The notes beneath the pieces are model-generated. The model ran no database searches, had not been told where the DNA came from, and was given only the letters and a program-made list of their open reading frames with translations. Positions 37,170 to 47,903 of a DNA stretch of 64,000 nt are shown piece after piece. The stretch comes from Setoptus koraiensis (Eukaryota > Animalia > Arthropoda). Where the stretch lies: the NCBI GenBank assembly GCA_048013815.1, contig CM106586.1, positions 11,222,001 to 11,286,000 of the forward strand. Direction: 5' to 3'. The position numbers were made by a program, and so were the translations under genes. Every line of letters starts with the position of its first letter. Position 1 is the first letter of the stretch.

Positions 37170-37923
37170 TTTCGAACAAATTAATAAGAGCACACCAATC
37201 GAGAATGAATTACAATTTTTTAATTCCAAGTTTTTGGGCTGCAATATGTTTAAATGCTGTCGCTGTGATAGTTTTGTTCGATGGATTCTGTAAAAATCGT
37301 CTATTAATAGTTTTTTTCTGGGGTTTATTTCCATCAGAAAAAAAAAACAATCTATCAGCAACTCTGTCGCCGCCTATTCTAAGCTGCTACATCATCAGCT
37401 TCAATTTAGCCCTCACCGAAAATTATGTATCATATGCAATCGTATAAAATTTCACTGAAACCAAGAAAAACGAGACACCAAATTTTTCAATGTTTAACCC
37501 CCGATTTCGCTGTCCATACTAATGAGTCTTTGGTAATGACCAACACAAGATCGCTAAGGCAATGCTGATGACTAGGAAGAACAGAATCGGTGATTAAAAC
37601 TACTCAGATTAGGTTTTTGTGACAGAAGTGGTAGAAATTCGGTGGTTCTGGTTGAATCAAATAGGACTCAAGAGACGTATCTAGATAGGTCTCGCCCAAA
37701 TAAGAATTTTTAGAGTTTTGCAATCGTCGGAAAGAATTTCGGTTATCAACCGATTCTGTTCTTCCGACTATAGATTGAATCATTGGATGATTATTGGAAT
37801 TGATGGGAGCAAGCTGATTCTGTGCAGTGGGAAAAAAATCTCAGTCTCAGCGACTCATTCGCTGGAAGTCGGAATCTCCGACAAGTTTAGTATTATCAGT
37901 ACAGCTTGTCATTCATGTGAGGA

Positions 37924-38643
37924 TTAGTGTAAATTCAGATAAGGGTAGGGCCATTTTCTGAACGCTTTCTCAGCATCGTCATACCAGTCGAATCCGTTAT
38001 AAAAAGGTTCAAAGCCATAATGAGCTACTGCCTTAGTAACAAGTTGACAGATAATTGCGCCCGAATAAAGTGGCCCAATGGGCTCACTACTATTGATTAC
38101 AAGCTCATAGAACTGTTTATCGTCAACCTTCTCCTCCTTAGCTATCTTCAAAAGGTTCTCTATTTCTTTCCGGAAGTTGTAAGAATCTCTGTTGTTTACA
38201 CTGTAAGGGTTGCACAATTCATCCGTAACAAGCAGTATATTAGATCCAAATCTGTAGTCGTGATCCAAATAGTAGTTAAAATTATACTTAAATCTTGCCT
38301 TCGATTGCCCAGAGTTCTCATATATAGCGGAAACAAGACGAGTGACATCACCCATGTTGATCTCGCCTGATGAAGGCGTTCTGGTGGCCAGTTGCAATAT
38401 TTTCATCATTCCTCGTGGCCAATGATGACTCTTACTTTGCAGGCGAGCTGCACTGCTGTGACCAGTAGCCTCCTTGATTTTCGACACCAGATTAAATTCT
38501 TTCTGATACCATTTTTCAACTAGATCATTTAACGTCTTTATTTGTTGCAAAAATTTTTCCTGTCCCCTAACCGTCGCTGAGTTGAAACTCATGATGAACA
38601 TAATGGTCCCAAGAGCAACGATGGTGACATTAGATAGATGCAT
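37924..38643 (-). CDS. Orphan secreted protein, tandem paralog 2 (239 aa)
   Basis: Same signal peptide and conserved blocks (QEKFLQQIK...HHWPRGMMKILQ; DSYNFRKEIENLL...IGPLYS; WPYPYL). Confidence 0.88.
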   Translation of the reverse strand: MHLSNVTIVALGTIMFIMSFNSATVRGQEKFLQQIKTLNDLVEKWYQKEFNLVSKIKEATGHSSAARLQSKSHHWPRGMMKILQLATRTPSSGEINMGDVTRLVSAIYENSGQSKARFKYNFNYYLDHDYRFGSNILLVTDELCNPYSVNNRDSYNFRKEIENLLKIAKEEKVDDKQFYELVINSSEPIGPLYSGAIICQLVTKAVAHYGFEPFYNGFDWYDDAEKAFRKWPYPYLNLH

Positions 38644-39305
38644 TTTCGGACGAATTAATCACGCTAATCGAGAATAAATTGCAAATTTTTAACTCCAAGT
38701 TTTCGTGCTGCAATATGTTAAAATGCTGTCGCTGTGATAGTTTTATTCGATGGACTCTGTAAAAGGAGTCTATTAACAATTTTTTCTGGAATTTTTTTCC
38801 ATCAGAAAAAAACACTTCTGGCATCTCTATCGCTGCGACGGTACCGGGGAAAAGTTTATTATTAGACCAACCTTTCTACGACTCGAGCTCATAATGCTTC
38901 TGCTTAACGCCGTGGAACGAAAGAAAAAGAGCGGCAAACGATTATGGCAAATTATGGGTCTTCTTGTTGGGACTTTTAACTTAGGAGGGTCTCTCTTAAT
39001 TCATCGATCGCCATCATATAATGTATATAAATATATAGTTATGTGGCTTAGGAAAAAGGCCAAATGGTCATTACTAATGACCAACATGAGATCTCAAGAG
39101 TAACGCTGATGACATTGAATTATTGGATAATCATTGGAATTGATGGGAGCAAGCTAATTAGCGATTCTGTGAATATTCAATATAATTATTCATATTTTTT
39201 TCTAAAATCCTAGAAGGAAACAAAAATCTCAGTCTCAGCGACTCAGTTGCTACAAATCAGAATCTCCAACAGTTTTATTATTATCAGTACGAATTGTCAT
39301 TGATG

Positions 39306-40037
39306 TTAAGATTGGTGTGAACCCAGATAAGGGTAGGGCCATTTTCGGAACGCTTTTTCGGCATCGTCTGACCAGCTGAATCCGTAAACATTGGGTCTAA
39401 ATTCGACAGGGACCTCATCTACTGCAGCATCAACCAGTTGACAGATAATTGCGGCCGAGTAAAGTGGCCCAATGGACTCACTACTATTGATTACAAGCTC
39501 ATAGAATTGTTTATCGTCAACCTTCTCCTCCTTAGCTATACTCAAAAGGTTCTCTATTTCTTTCCGGAAGTTGTAAGAATCTCTGTTGTTTACTCTGTAA
39601 GGGGTGCACATTTCATCTGCATTACTTGCAAGAGTAGATCCCAATCTGTAGTCGAACTGCAAGTACCATTGGAAATTATATCTAAATCTCTCCTTGGATG
39701 ACTGAGAGTTCTTATACATATAGGAAACAAGAAGAGTGACATCATTCATGTCGACCTCACTTGATGAATCTGTTCCTGTGGCCACTTGCAATATTTTCAT
39801 CATTCGTCTCGGCCAATGATGACTTTTACTTTGCAGGCGAGCTGCACTACTGTGACCAGTAGCCTCCTTGATTTTCGACACCAGATTAAATTCTTTCTGA
39901 TACCATTTTTCAACTAGATCATTTATCGTCTTTATTTGTTGCAAAAATTTTTCCTGTCCCCTAACCGTCGCTGAGTTGAAACTCATGACGAACATGAGGG
40001 TCCCAAGAGCAATGATGGTGACATTGGATAGATGCAT
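39306..40037 (-). CDS. Orphan secreted protein, tandem paralog 3 (243 aa)
   Basis: Same architecture; flanking non-coding DNA is also duplicated (e.g. AAAATCTCAGTCTCAGCGACTCA and TTATTATTAGACCAACCTTTCTACGACTC). Confidence 0.88.
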   Translation of the reverse strand: MHLSNVTIIALGTLMFVMSFNSATVRGQEKFLQQIKTINDLVEKWYQKEFNLVSKIKEATGHSSAARLQSKSHHWPRRMMKILQVATGTDSSSEVDMNDVTLLVSYMYKNSQSSKERFRYNFQWYLQFDYRLGSTLASNADEMCTPYRVNNRDSYNFRKEIENLLSIAKEEKVDDKQFYELVINSSESIGPLYSAAIICQLVDAAVDEVPVEFRPNVYGFSWSDDAEKAFRKWPYPYLGSHQS

Positions 40038-40715
40038 TTTCGAACGAATTAATCAGAGCACGTTAATCGAGAATGAATTACAATTTGTCTATCCCAAGTT
40101 TTTGTGCTGCAATATGTTAAAAAGCTGTCGCTGTGATAGTTCTATTCGATGGATTCTGTAAAAATAGTCTATTAATATTTTTTTCTGGAATTTATTTCCA
40201 CCGAAAAAAACTCTTTTAGCGACTCTGTCGCTGCGAATTCTACGGTACCGGGCAGAAGTTTATTATTAGACCAACCTTTCTACGACTCATGGAACGAAAG
40301 AAAAAGAGTATCTTGCTGGCGATCGGCAAACGATTATGGCAAATTTTGTGTCTTCTTGTTAGGAGGTTCTCTCCGAATTCATCGATGAATTTTCGCGGCA
40401 AGCAATCCGGTAAGACTCGTCTAAATCTTTTAGCAGCTTTCATGTATTTTACTTGCGTGTTGACGCGACATTTGTCTCGACTGCCGGCTTACATGGCCGA
40501 CTAACACCGCCGAATAACAGCGCGACCAATTGCCAAAATGTGACTATTGTAGAATAAAAAACAAGGCATTTGGGCTAATTTTAGTGACTAGTGGCCGCGA
40601 ATTCGCTTTATTCATCGTGTTTCGCGCGAAAACGCAGACTACAAAGTGTTGCGCAAAAAATCTATAGTTACATAATGCCTAGGTTATTGTTATCGTTGTC
40701 AATTAGTTGACCAGA

Positions 40716-42140
40716 TTATCGGGCCTGTGCGAAGCCCATCTGACGATTCTTGTAGTCAAACACGGTGTAGTAGGCGTTAAAGAAATTGGTGCCCACTATC
40801 CAGTTTTGAACGTCTTGGCCGGGCCTGATGGCAACGTAGCATATTTCTACAATTGCCTTCCGTTGGCTCGATTGTATTTTAGTTCGTCTGATGTAATTAC
40901 TCGGCAACAGTCGATAATTGATGCCGTCGATCATGATCGACAACAGCGGCAATTGGTGCATCGTGTTACAATCGACCGTCTGCAATTTTGTGCCCGCCAG
41001 CACTTGACTGCCCAATGCCGAATAAATGGCCTCAACACTGTCCACGGGCCCAACGAGACTCTCTTCGCCCGTGTCGAATGTCACTAGGCAACCATCCGGA
41101 CAGGACACAATGGTGTCGCCGAGCATGATATGTTGCGTTCCCAATTGCCACTCCGTGTACGATCTCAGCTTGTGATAATACACACGGCCCACGAAATGCG
41201 TCTCATCCAAGCCACCGAATATTAGCTCGCCGCCATAGCGACTGTCCAACAGGGGATTTATCCATAGCGAGAACACTGCTTCGCCGAGACCGTTTTCCTC
41301 GTACCATTGGTGTTCGTTTTTGCCCTCGTTTTCATTTATTTGCAGCACATACTTGTCATCGTGGCTCGACTCTTGCATGCTGAGCAAAATGTTTGCCACG
41401 CCGGTGCCGGACTGGGTGACGGGCGCCAAACCAATCACTCCGTCGTAGGCAGCATACTTGAATTGACCGTCAGAGGCGTCGGTAATAGCCAGAAAATTCT
41501 GTCTCACTCTCATGGGCTCAATCAACAGTTCGTCATGATTATTCTCATTGTAAACGGGTGCTCGTGGCAATGGCGGAAAATTGGCCGGCATCGACGATTC
41601 GGCTCGGTAGCCCAGGGTGAGCTGGTCCCATTTTGTGTAGCCCGTCAATGTGGTTCCCCGGTACGCGATACTGTATTTGTTAATGTTATTTTGCGCATTT
41701 GGATCGTAAGATTTCGAATCGTCACTGTCGTAGCCCTTGCCGTAATGCAAATTTGTTGCAAACGGATTCCACGTGTACTCAGGCAGCCAAATATCGCTAC
41801 AGCGAGTGTCGAAATGCATCAACATTGGCTTGGCCGGTTCCCCCACTCCCACAATTGCGTAATAGCTCACTTTTGGCACCTGATTCACCTGTTGGCTCTG
41901 AGAGCCGTTCGTGTTTCGTATTAGTTGCACCTTGACCAGTCGCTTCGGCGTCCTAACGCGCTGATTTTCCGCTTCATATCCATCGTAACCGTCGTATCGA
42001 TAGTAATCGGAATTTCCGCCCTGCTCCATGAAATCGCCTTGCCACACTTGACCGCGTACCTGGTCGGATGGAACAGTGCCCAAACAAAACACTGTAGCCA
42101 CAGCGCTCATCACCAGTTGCACTCTCATAAAATTCATCAT
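40716..42140 (-). CDS. Divergent A1 (pepsin/cathepsin D-like) aspartic protease, possibly inactive; intronless, 474 aa
   Basis: Signal peptide; YYAIVGVGEP, YDGVIGLA, GGELIFGG and WIVGTNFFNAYYTVFDYKNRQMGFA motifs; catalytic motifs read DTRCS and DTGEE. Confidence 0.9.
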   Translation of the reverse strand: MMNFMRVQLVMSAVATVFCLGTVPSDQVRGQVWQGDFMEQGGNSDYYRYDGYDGYEAENQRVRTPKRLVKVQLIRNTNGSQSQQVNQVPKVSYYAIVGVGEPAKPMLMHFDTRCSDIWLPEYTWNPFATNLHYGKGYDSDDSKSYDPNAQNNINKYSIAYRGTTLTGYTKWDQLTLGYRAESSMPANFPPLPRAPVYNENNHDELLIEPMRVRQNFLAITDASDGQFKYAAYDGVIGLAPVTQSGTGVANILLSMQESSHDDKYVLQINENEGKNEHQWYEENGLGEAVFSLWINPLLDSRYGGELIFGGLDETHFVGRVYYHKLRSYTEWQLGTQHIMLGDTIVSCPDGCLVTFDTGEESLVGPVDSVEAIYSALGSQVLAGTKLQTVDCNTMHQLPLLSIMIDGINYRLLPSNYIRRTKIQSSQRKAIVEICYVAIRPGQDVQNWIVGTNFFNAYYTVFDYKNRQMGFAQAR

Positions 42141-42304
42141 GCCGCTTTCTGTCGGGCTTCTTAAATGCCAATTTACTGTTATTATTTGCTAATTGATTAT
42201 CGATTATAATTGATTGACTTGTCACTGATCGGGATCGTCTTCTCTAGTGCTGCTGCTGATGATGCATTCATAATCTGTGATTTATTCAGCTACTTGTCTG
42301 TTGC

Positions 42305-42312
42305 TTTATATA
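42305..42312 (-). promoter_or_regulatory. TATA box (TATATAAA on the minus strand)
   Basis: About 165 nt upstream of the protease ATG at 42140. Confidence 0.5.
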
Positions 42313-43009
42313 GTGGCTTCTCACACATTTATTGCTGGCCACTAACAGTGTTGCGCTGACTCAACAGGTGAGCCATTTTTAACAATTCATTTTGTTTCGA
42401 TTCGTTGTGGGATAGATGCGTTCGCTCGCGATGACAGATTGATTGTTATTATTATTACGGGTGATAATCCGCCCGAATTACCACCCGTGTCGCTGTTTGT
42501 TTATTCGCACAATCATTATGTTTATTCACTCAATTGCAAAATTGTTTCATTTGCGTCAATGCCAGACCGGCCTGACGCACATCTACAATCTGGCGTGAGT
42601 CACAACAGTTAAACAGTTGACAACGCAACGGCCAGCAACAATAAACCCAGCAGCAATAACAATTCGAGAATTGTTGCTTGATCCGAGCGGATTACTTACA
42701 GACGCCGCTGGCATTTGTCATCGCAACCATCAGACAGAAAGAAAACGGAAGAAAGAACGTGAATTCAAGTATTTTCTCGAGCTTCTTTCTCACAAGTTGT
42801 CAACAAACATAGTTCGGTGTGTAGTGATATACTCGCTGCGCTGCGACTATTTCATGCAAACATTTCCGCTAGAGTCTCGACAATGGTCCGCTCAATGGAA
42901 CCGTTCGGTCTTGGTTTATTGATTTCTCATTTGTCACTTGCTCTAACACGAACTATGACTCGAATACTTCAATGACACTAGCTGTTGTCTCATATACGAC
43001 CAATCATCT

Positions 43010-44392
43010 TTATTTGGAATTGGCAAAGCCTACGCGACGGTTAGTTAAATCGAAAACGGTGTAAAAGGCCTCCATGAAGTGCGTGCCCAAGATCCAGTTG
43101 TTGCCCCCCTGTTGGTGGGGCCTGATGCTTACGTAACATGTTAAATTGAACAAATTGAAAGAATCTGTCGGTATGTTCATGGTGCGTATGTAATACATGG
43201 ATCGCAAATCCAAGCTGGTAACATCGTCAAATCCAAATTGCAGGTCAGGTAGTTTTGGCGCTGTATTACAATCGACCGAGTAAATACCTTTAATATTCTC
43301 GTGTTCAGTTGCTTTCAATTCCTTGTATAATTCCTCGACAATATCCTTAGGCCCATAAATGTCATTGACGCCAGTATCCATAGTAAATGTGAAGCCCTGT
43401 GGTTTCGACAGCAATCGTCTGCCCAGCCACAATTGACTGCCGGACATTTGCCAGGTTGTTGCACCCGCAATCAATGAACGATATTGTATTTGGCCAGAGA
43501 ATTTCCTCTTATCCGTTCCACCAAATAAAACCTCGGCTTTATCACCATGTGGCTGAAACCAAAATGAGAAAACCTCCTTGTCTAGCAGTGTTCCAAAGGC
43601 CCTTTTTTCAATGAAACCAGTGAAGCTTTTGTTGGCGGCAGCAACCTCGCGTTTTGCCAATTCTGGCACAATTTTTTTTGCTGCTTGCATATTTGACAAC
43701 AATGTAGTGCTGCCCGACACGAGACCTTCCGACGTGGGCGCCAATCCCAAAATCATGTACGCGTCATAAGGATCTTTCTTTTGTCCATCGTTACTGGCCG
43801 AGTAAATGGCCAAAAAGCGCTGTTTTATTGTTATTTTGCCCGTCTTAGTCTCAATAGGCAACAAATCGGTCGAACTGTAATGATAATTAATCATGTCCGA
43901 TCCCAAAACCAATTGGTCCGAATAAGCCTCGCCACTCAGTCTGGTGCCCCGATAATCCAACTCGTAATCTCCGCTTGCTGGGCCCACGCAGGTCACTGAT
44001 TCGCTGCAACGGTGGCCCATCAAATAAACAAGATTGCGAGCAAAAGGATTCCATGTCCATTTCGGATACCAAATCTCGCTAGTGCCCGTGTCATAGATGG
44101 CCTTTATAGATCTTGGTGGCTGACCAAAATGTACAAAATCATAATAGACCTTTTCCGGGGGTCCGTTGTTGCGTTGATACTTTTCGGCATTCATAGTCAA
44201 CTTGATAATGTGCTCTGAATCGTATGGCACTCGTGGATCCAGATCATGGGGTGTTGCTTCGACCATCCATTGCGTTTGCGTTGCACTAACGTATAAAATT
44301 GCTAACGAAATCAATAAAATTGCTGCTGATAAACGCCTCAAATGGTGCCCATGAAAATAGAGGCCCAATCTTGCCGGCAGTGCTTGAAACAT
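43010..44392 (-). CDS. Divergent A1 aspartic protease, intronless (460 aa from ATG 44392)
   Basis: Signal/anchor LSAAILLISLAILYVSA; DTGTS and DTGVN motifs; WILGTHFMEAFYTVFDLTNRRVGFA C-terminus. Confidence 0.9.
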   Translation of the reverse strand: MFQALPARLGLYFHGHHLRRLSAAILLISLAILYVSATQTQWMVEATPHDLDPRVPYDSEHIIKLTMNAEKYQRNNGPPEKVYYDFVHFGQPPRSIKAIYDTGTSEIWYPKWTWNPFARNLVYLMGHRCSESVTCVGPASGDYELDYRGTRLSGEAYSDQLVLGSDMINYHYSSTDLLPIETKTGKITIKQRFLAIYSASNDGQKKDPYDAYMILGLAPTSEGLVSGSTTLLSNMQAAKKIVPELAKREVAAANKSFTGFIEKRAFGTLLDKEVFSFWFQPHGDKAEVLFGGTDKRKFSGQIQYRSLIAGATTWQMSGSQLWLGRRLLSKPQGFTFTMDTGVNDIYGPKDIVEELYKELKATEHENIKGIYSVDCNTAPKLPDLQFGFDDVTSLDLRSMYYIRTMNIPTDSFNLFNLTCYVSIRPHQQGGNNWILGTHFMEAFYTVFDLTNRRVGFANSK

Positions 44393-46468
44393 TTTTTCTG
44401 TAGTAGGCAATTTTTTAAGAAGCCAAGATATATTACATGTATAACCAACTATGCACTATAACAGCATCACCATATTCAGCATCATTATATTCTCAAGACT
44501 ACACAAGATTCAGAACACAAGTATACTGACTGCTAATTATCGTCAAGATAGGCGCTAGATAAACTTGAGATTTGTTGTTGTCAATAGAGCACATTCTCAG
44601 CCGCCCAAAATACCATTGCCTTATCTTATCTAATCTAATAAATTATCTAATCACTGCATTTTGATCACACTAGCCAATCAATGGCCAACAGTCCCTCATC
44701 GTTTTCACAGACCATCACAGTGTTGCAGTGCCAAACGAACAATGCATCATAAATTATCAGATATTTGCCATCAGTTCCATTGTCTATTATCGCTCGTTCG
44801 AGTGTCCAGAACAGAAATGTGTTTAGTAGTTTACCTATCTCACAACCAAGTTGCATTTAGGTAGCATCAAACTGTCAATTGTATTATGAATGCGTTGTCG
44901 TCGGGCAACATTGGCAACTCATAATCAACAAAATTGTCAAATAATCTAATTATCACTTATGAGCAGCCGACAATTTCTCATGCAATTTTGCAATATCGAC
45001 ACTGATAAGACACACAAAAGCGCCATCGTTGGGTCGGAACTGAACCGCCAACACAGCACGACAAACTCTTCCGGTCGCTACGACGTACCTGTGCCGACCT
45101 AACAATCCAAACAATTATCGCTAATTGCAAAATGATCACAGAAAACAATAGCAACTCATTTATGGCCATCCAGAGATGGTCATCCGCTTATGGAGGGCAA
45201 ACAAAGCAACAACAGCAACAGTCATAATGACTATGGCTCAAAATTTCCAGCTGACCAGCGAACAAATAGCCAGAACAATCGTATCATACTGACAACAGAT
45301 CACAGCAGCACCAATAATCATCAAATGTCATCGGGCAAGATCCACGTCAGTCTAAACAGAGACTGCTGCTGGTCCTGACATTGTTGCCAAAGGCAATGTG
45401 ACCCAAATGAATGATGATCAAGCCACGATAGAGAACTTAAATTATGAATCATAATCAATATTCGTTAGGCTGATAACAGAAAAAAAGTAACGTTCGCTGT
45501 CGAGATATTTTGTATTCTTCGTCGAAGCAAGAATGAAAGCACCTTGCTCGTTGTCATGGAACGTGCGCCGTTTCTTCTACTGCTACTTCCGGCGATCACT
45601 CGTCGATCCGACCTTCGGCGAGCCGCCTTCAAGACGCGATGTACAAACTTGAATGATGCAAGCTGAAAATGTCCTTGACACTTGTCGGCAAATGTCAGCT
45701 TGTTGCCTGTTGTTTATTGGTTTATTGGTACAATGGTGGTGGTTTACAGGTGCGCTGCCTATTGTTGCTGTCATGCCGCTGCAACAAGTTGTGAATATGA
45801 TTATCATCACCGTACTGGCGTGATTGTCACGGTGATGAAAGTATACTTGTCAGGCAAACATATATACCATATTTATAGTTTGTTTTTATTGTGTGCCTAA
45901 ACCTGTTCGGCTTGCCACAATCGATTGCACACAAAGTCCACAGCGTGACAGAGAGGAAGAGCTCCGTCAGAAGTTAGAAGAGTGGACTGACGGGGGCGCT
46001 ACACGCGCGCCGTCGTTATGTAATACTAGTGGATGCTGCAGTAGGTAATTTTCTATAGGAAGATGAAATCCATTTGTGATTTCATCGAGCGACACAAGAG
46101 ACCATTGATCACGAGCGCCTCTCGCGTTCACTACATGTGTCTCAAATAAAATGCAGCAAAATCAACACTCCCTCGCACCATCGCATTTTTTTTTTCGGAA
46201 TTCATAATCAAAGGTTAGCATATCGATGAAAGTGAACAACAGCGGCTACGAGATAATGGATACTCATCACGACACAGCAACAACAACAACAAGTGGCGTA
46301 TTTTTTCCAATCTAAACAGCAGATTAACCAAAGATTGTGGCGGCTCACTAACACCGTATCGGCACTAACTGATTGATTTATACACACTTAACTCATATTT
46401 GTTTCACTTCACCAGCATCACATACGAACAATCCAATATCACCAGTACCAGCATTGAATCAGTACAAA

Positions 46469-47788
46469 ATGCCAGCAAGATTACCACTGAAATCGTGGGT
46501 TGAGTATGATGAAACGACCGAATTCCCCATTCAAAATCTGCCCTATGGCATCTTCTCTACGGGCACCAATCCGAAACATCGGCCAGGCGTTGCCATTGGT
46601 GATTTTGTCTTGGACTTGAGCGCCATCCACCACATGTTCACTGGTCCTCTGATGGCCGATATTGCTCAGGATGTTTTCTCACAAGAAACTCTCAATAAAT
46701 TTATGTCATTGACTCGAGCTCATTGGAAAGAGACCAGACAACGTCTGACACAACTTCTCGACAAGGAGAACAATGTGCTACAAGATGATAAAGAATTGAT
46801 ACGCAAAGCACTGATACCCATGAGGGATGTCGACATGCATCTACCTGCCCAAATAGGAGGCTATACGGATTATTACGCGAGCATAAACCATGCCATGAAT
46901 GTTGGCCAAATGTTTCGCGGGCCAGGCAATGAACTGATGCCAAACTACAAGCATCTTCCTGTTGCATACCATGGACGTGCCTCGTCAGTAATAGTCTCAG
47001 GGACACCAATTGCCAGACCATCCGGTCAGACAAGCCCCGATGCGGGCTCCTCCAAGCCCAACTTCGGTCCATGTCAAAAGCTTGATTTCGAGCTAGAGAT
47101 GGGTGTCTTTATAGGGGGCAAGGGCAATCTGTTGGGTCACCCCATTCGCATGGCAAACGTCGAGGACTATCTTTTTGGAATGGTGCTACTCAACGATTGG
47201 AGCGCGAGAGACATTCAATTGTGGGAATATCAACCTCTGGGTCCATTCACAGCAAAAAACTTTGCAACCACAATAAGTCCGTGGATTGTGACATTTGATG
47301 CTTTGCAACAATTCAAGGTTCCCAACCATAAACTAAACACCGAACCTGAGCGTTATTTGCAGCATGATGACAATTTTAACTTTGATATCAACTTAGAAGT
47401 TTTAATCAGGCCTAATGGAATAGATAATCTGATGCCTATTTGCCATTCAAATTTTTCACATTTATTCTGGACAGTGAAACAAATGCTAGTCCATCACACA
47501 ATTACTGGTTGCAATATGTGTCCGGGAGACTTGATTGGAACAGGAACCATTAGTGGTCCGTCTTCGGGAAGTTATGGATCCTTGTTGGAAATATGTTGGA
47601 AAGGAACAAAACCGTTGAACTTTAGCAACAACATCACACGATCTTTTATTGGCGACGGAGACGAGATTGTCATGAGGGCTTTCAGCCAGGGAACCAGCTA
47701 CAAGATTGGCTTTGGCGAATGCAGCGGCATAATATTACCGTCGAAAGTTTACGCGTCTAGGCCATCTATTGTTATAGATCAATACTGA
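46469..47788 (+). CDS. FAH: Fumarylacetoacetase, intronless (439 aa from ATG 46469)
   Basis: FPIQNLPYGIFST, HLPVAYHGRASS, LDFELEMG, NDWSARDIQxWEYxPLGPF and GDLIGTGTISG motifs. Confidence 0.97.
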   Translation: MPARLPLKSWVEYDETTEFPIQNLPYGIFSTGTNPKHRPGVAIGDFVLDLSAIHHMFTGPLMADIAQDVFSQETLNKFMSLTRAHWKETRQRLTQLLDKENNVLQDDKELIRKALIPMRDVDMHLPAQIGGYTDYYASINHAMNVGQMFRGPGNELMPNYKHLPVAYHGRASSVIVSGTPIARPSGQTSPDAGSSKPNFGPCQKLDFELEMGVFIGGKGNLLGHPIRMANVEDYLFGMVLLNDWSARDIQLWEYQPLGPFTAKNFATTISPWIVTFDALQQFKVPNHKLNTEPERYLQHDDNFNFDINLEVLIRPNGIDNLMPICHSNFSHLFWTVKQMLVHHTITGCNMCPGDLIGTGTISGPSSGSYGSLLEICWKGTKPLNFSNNITRSFIGDGDEIVMRAFSQGTSYKIGFGECSGIILPSKVYASRPSIVIDQY

Positions 47789-47903
47789 ATTGATTGGTAA
47801 AAAACTAGATATAGTTTATATATTTGATTCTTTTACATTTTTTCTCTATATAAAACAACTTATCAGCGTAAAAAATATCATAATCACATGTTCCTTGAAT
47901 GTT

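Noticed and set aside
37255-37270. TATCACAGCGACAGC on the minus strand, resembling miR-2 family sequences (also in the other two copies)
   Set aside because: It needs a 2-nt insertion to align, there is no hairpin partner, and it lies in the duplicated leader of the secreted genes.
37170-37361. 64-aa N-terminal extension of paralog 1 shown in the ORF track
   Set aside because: It starts at TTG, and the homologous regions in paralogs 2 and 3 are not open; the shared ATG at 37169 begins the signal peptide.
24217-44392. Horizontal transfer of the 4CL-like synthetase or the aspartic proteases from plants or microbes
   Set aside because: Both families are native to arthropods, the synthetase has host-type short introns, and no phylogeny can be run here; there is no positive evidence.
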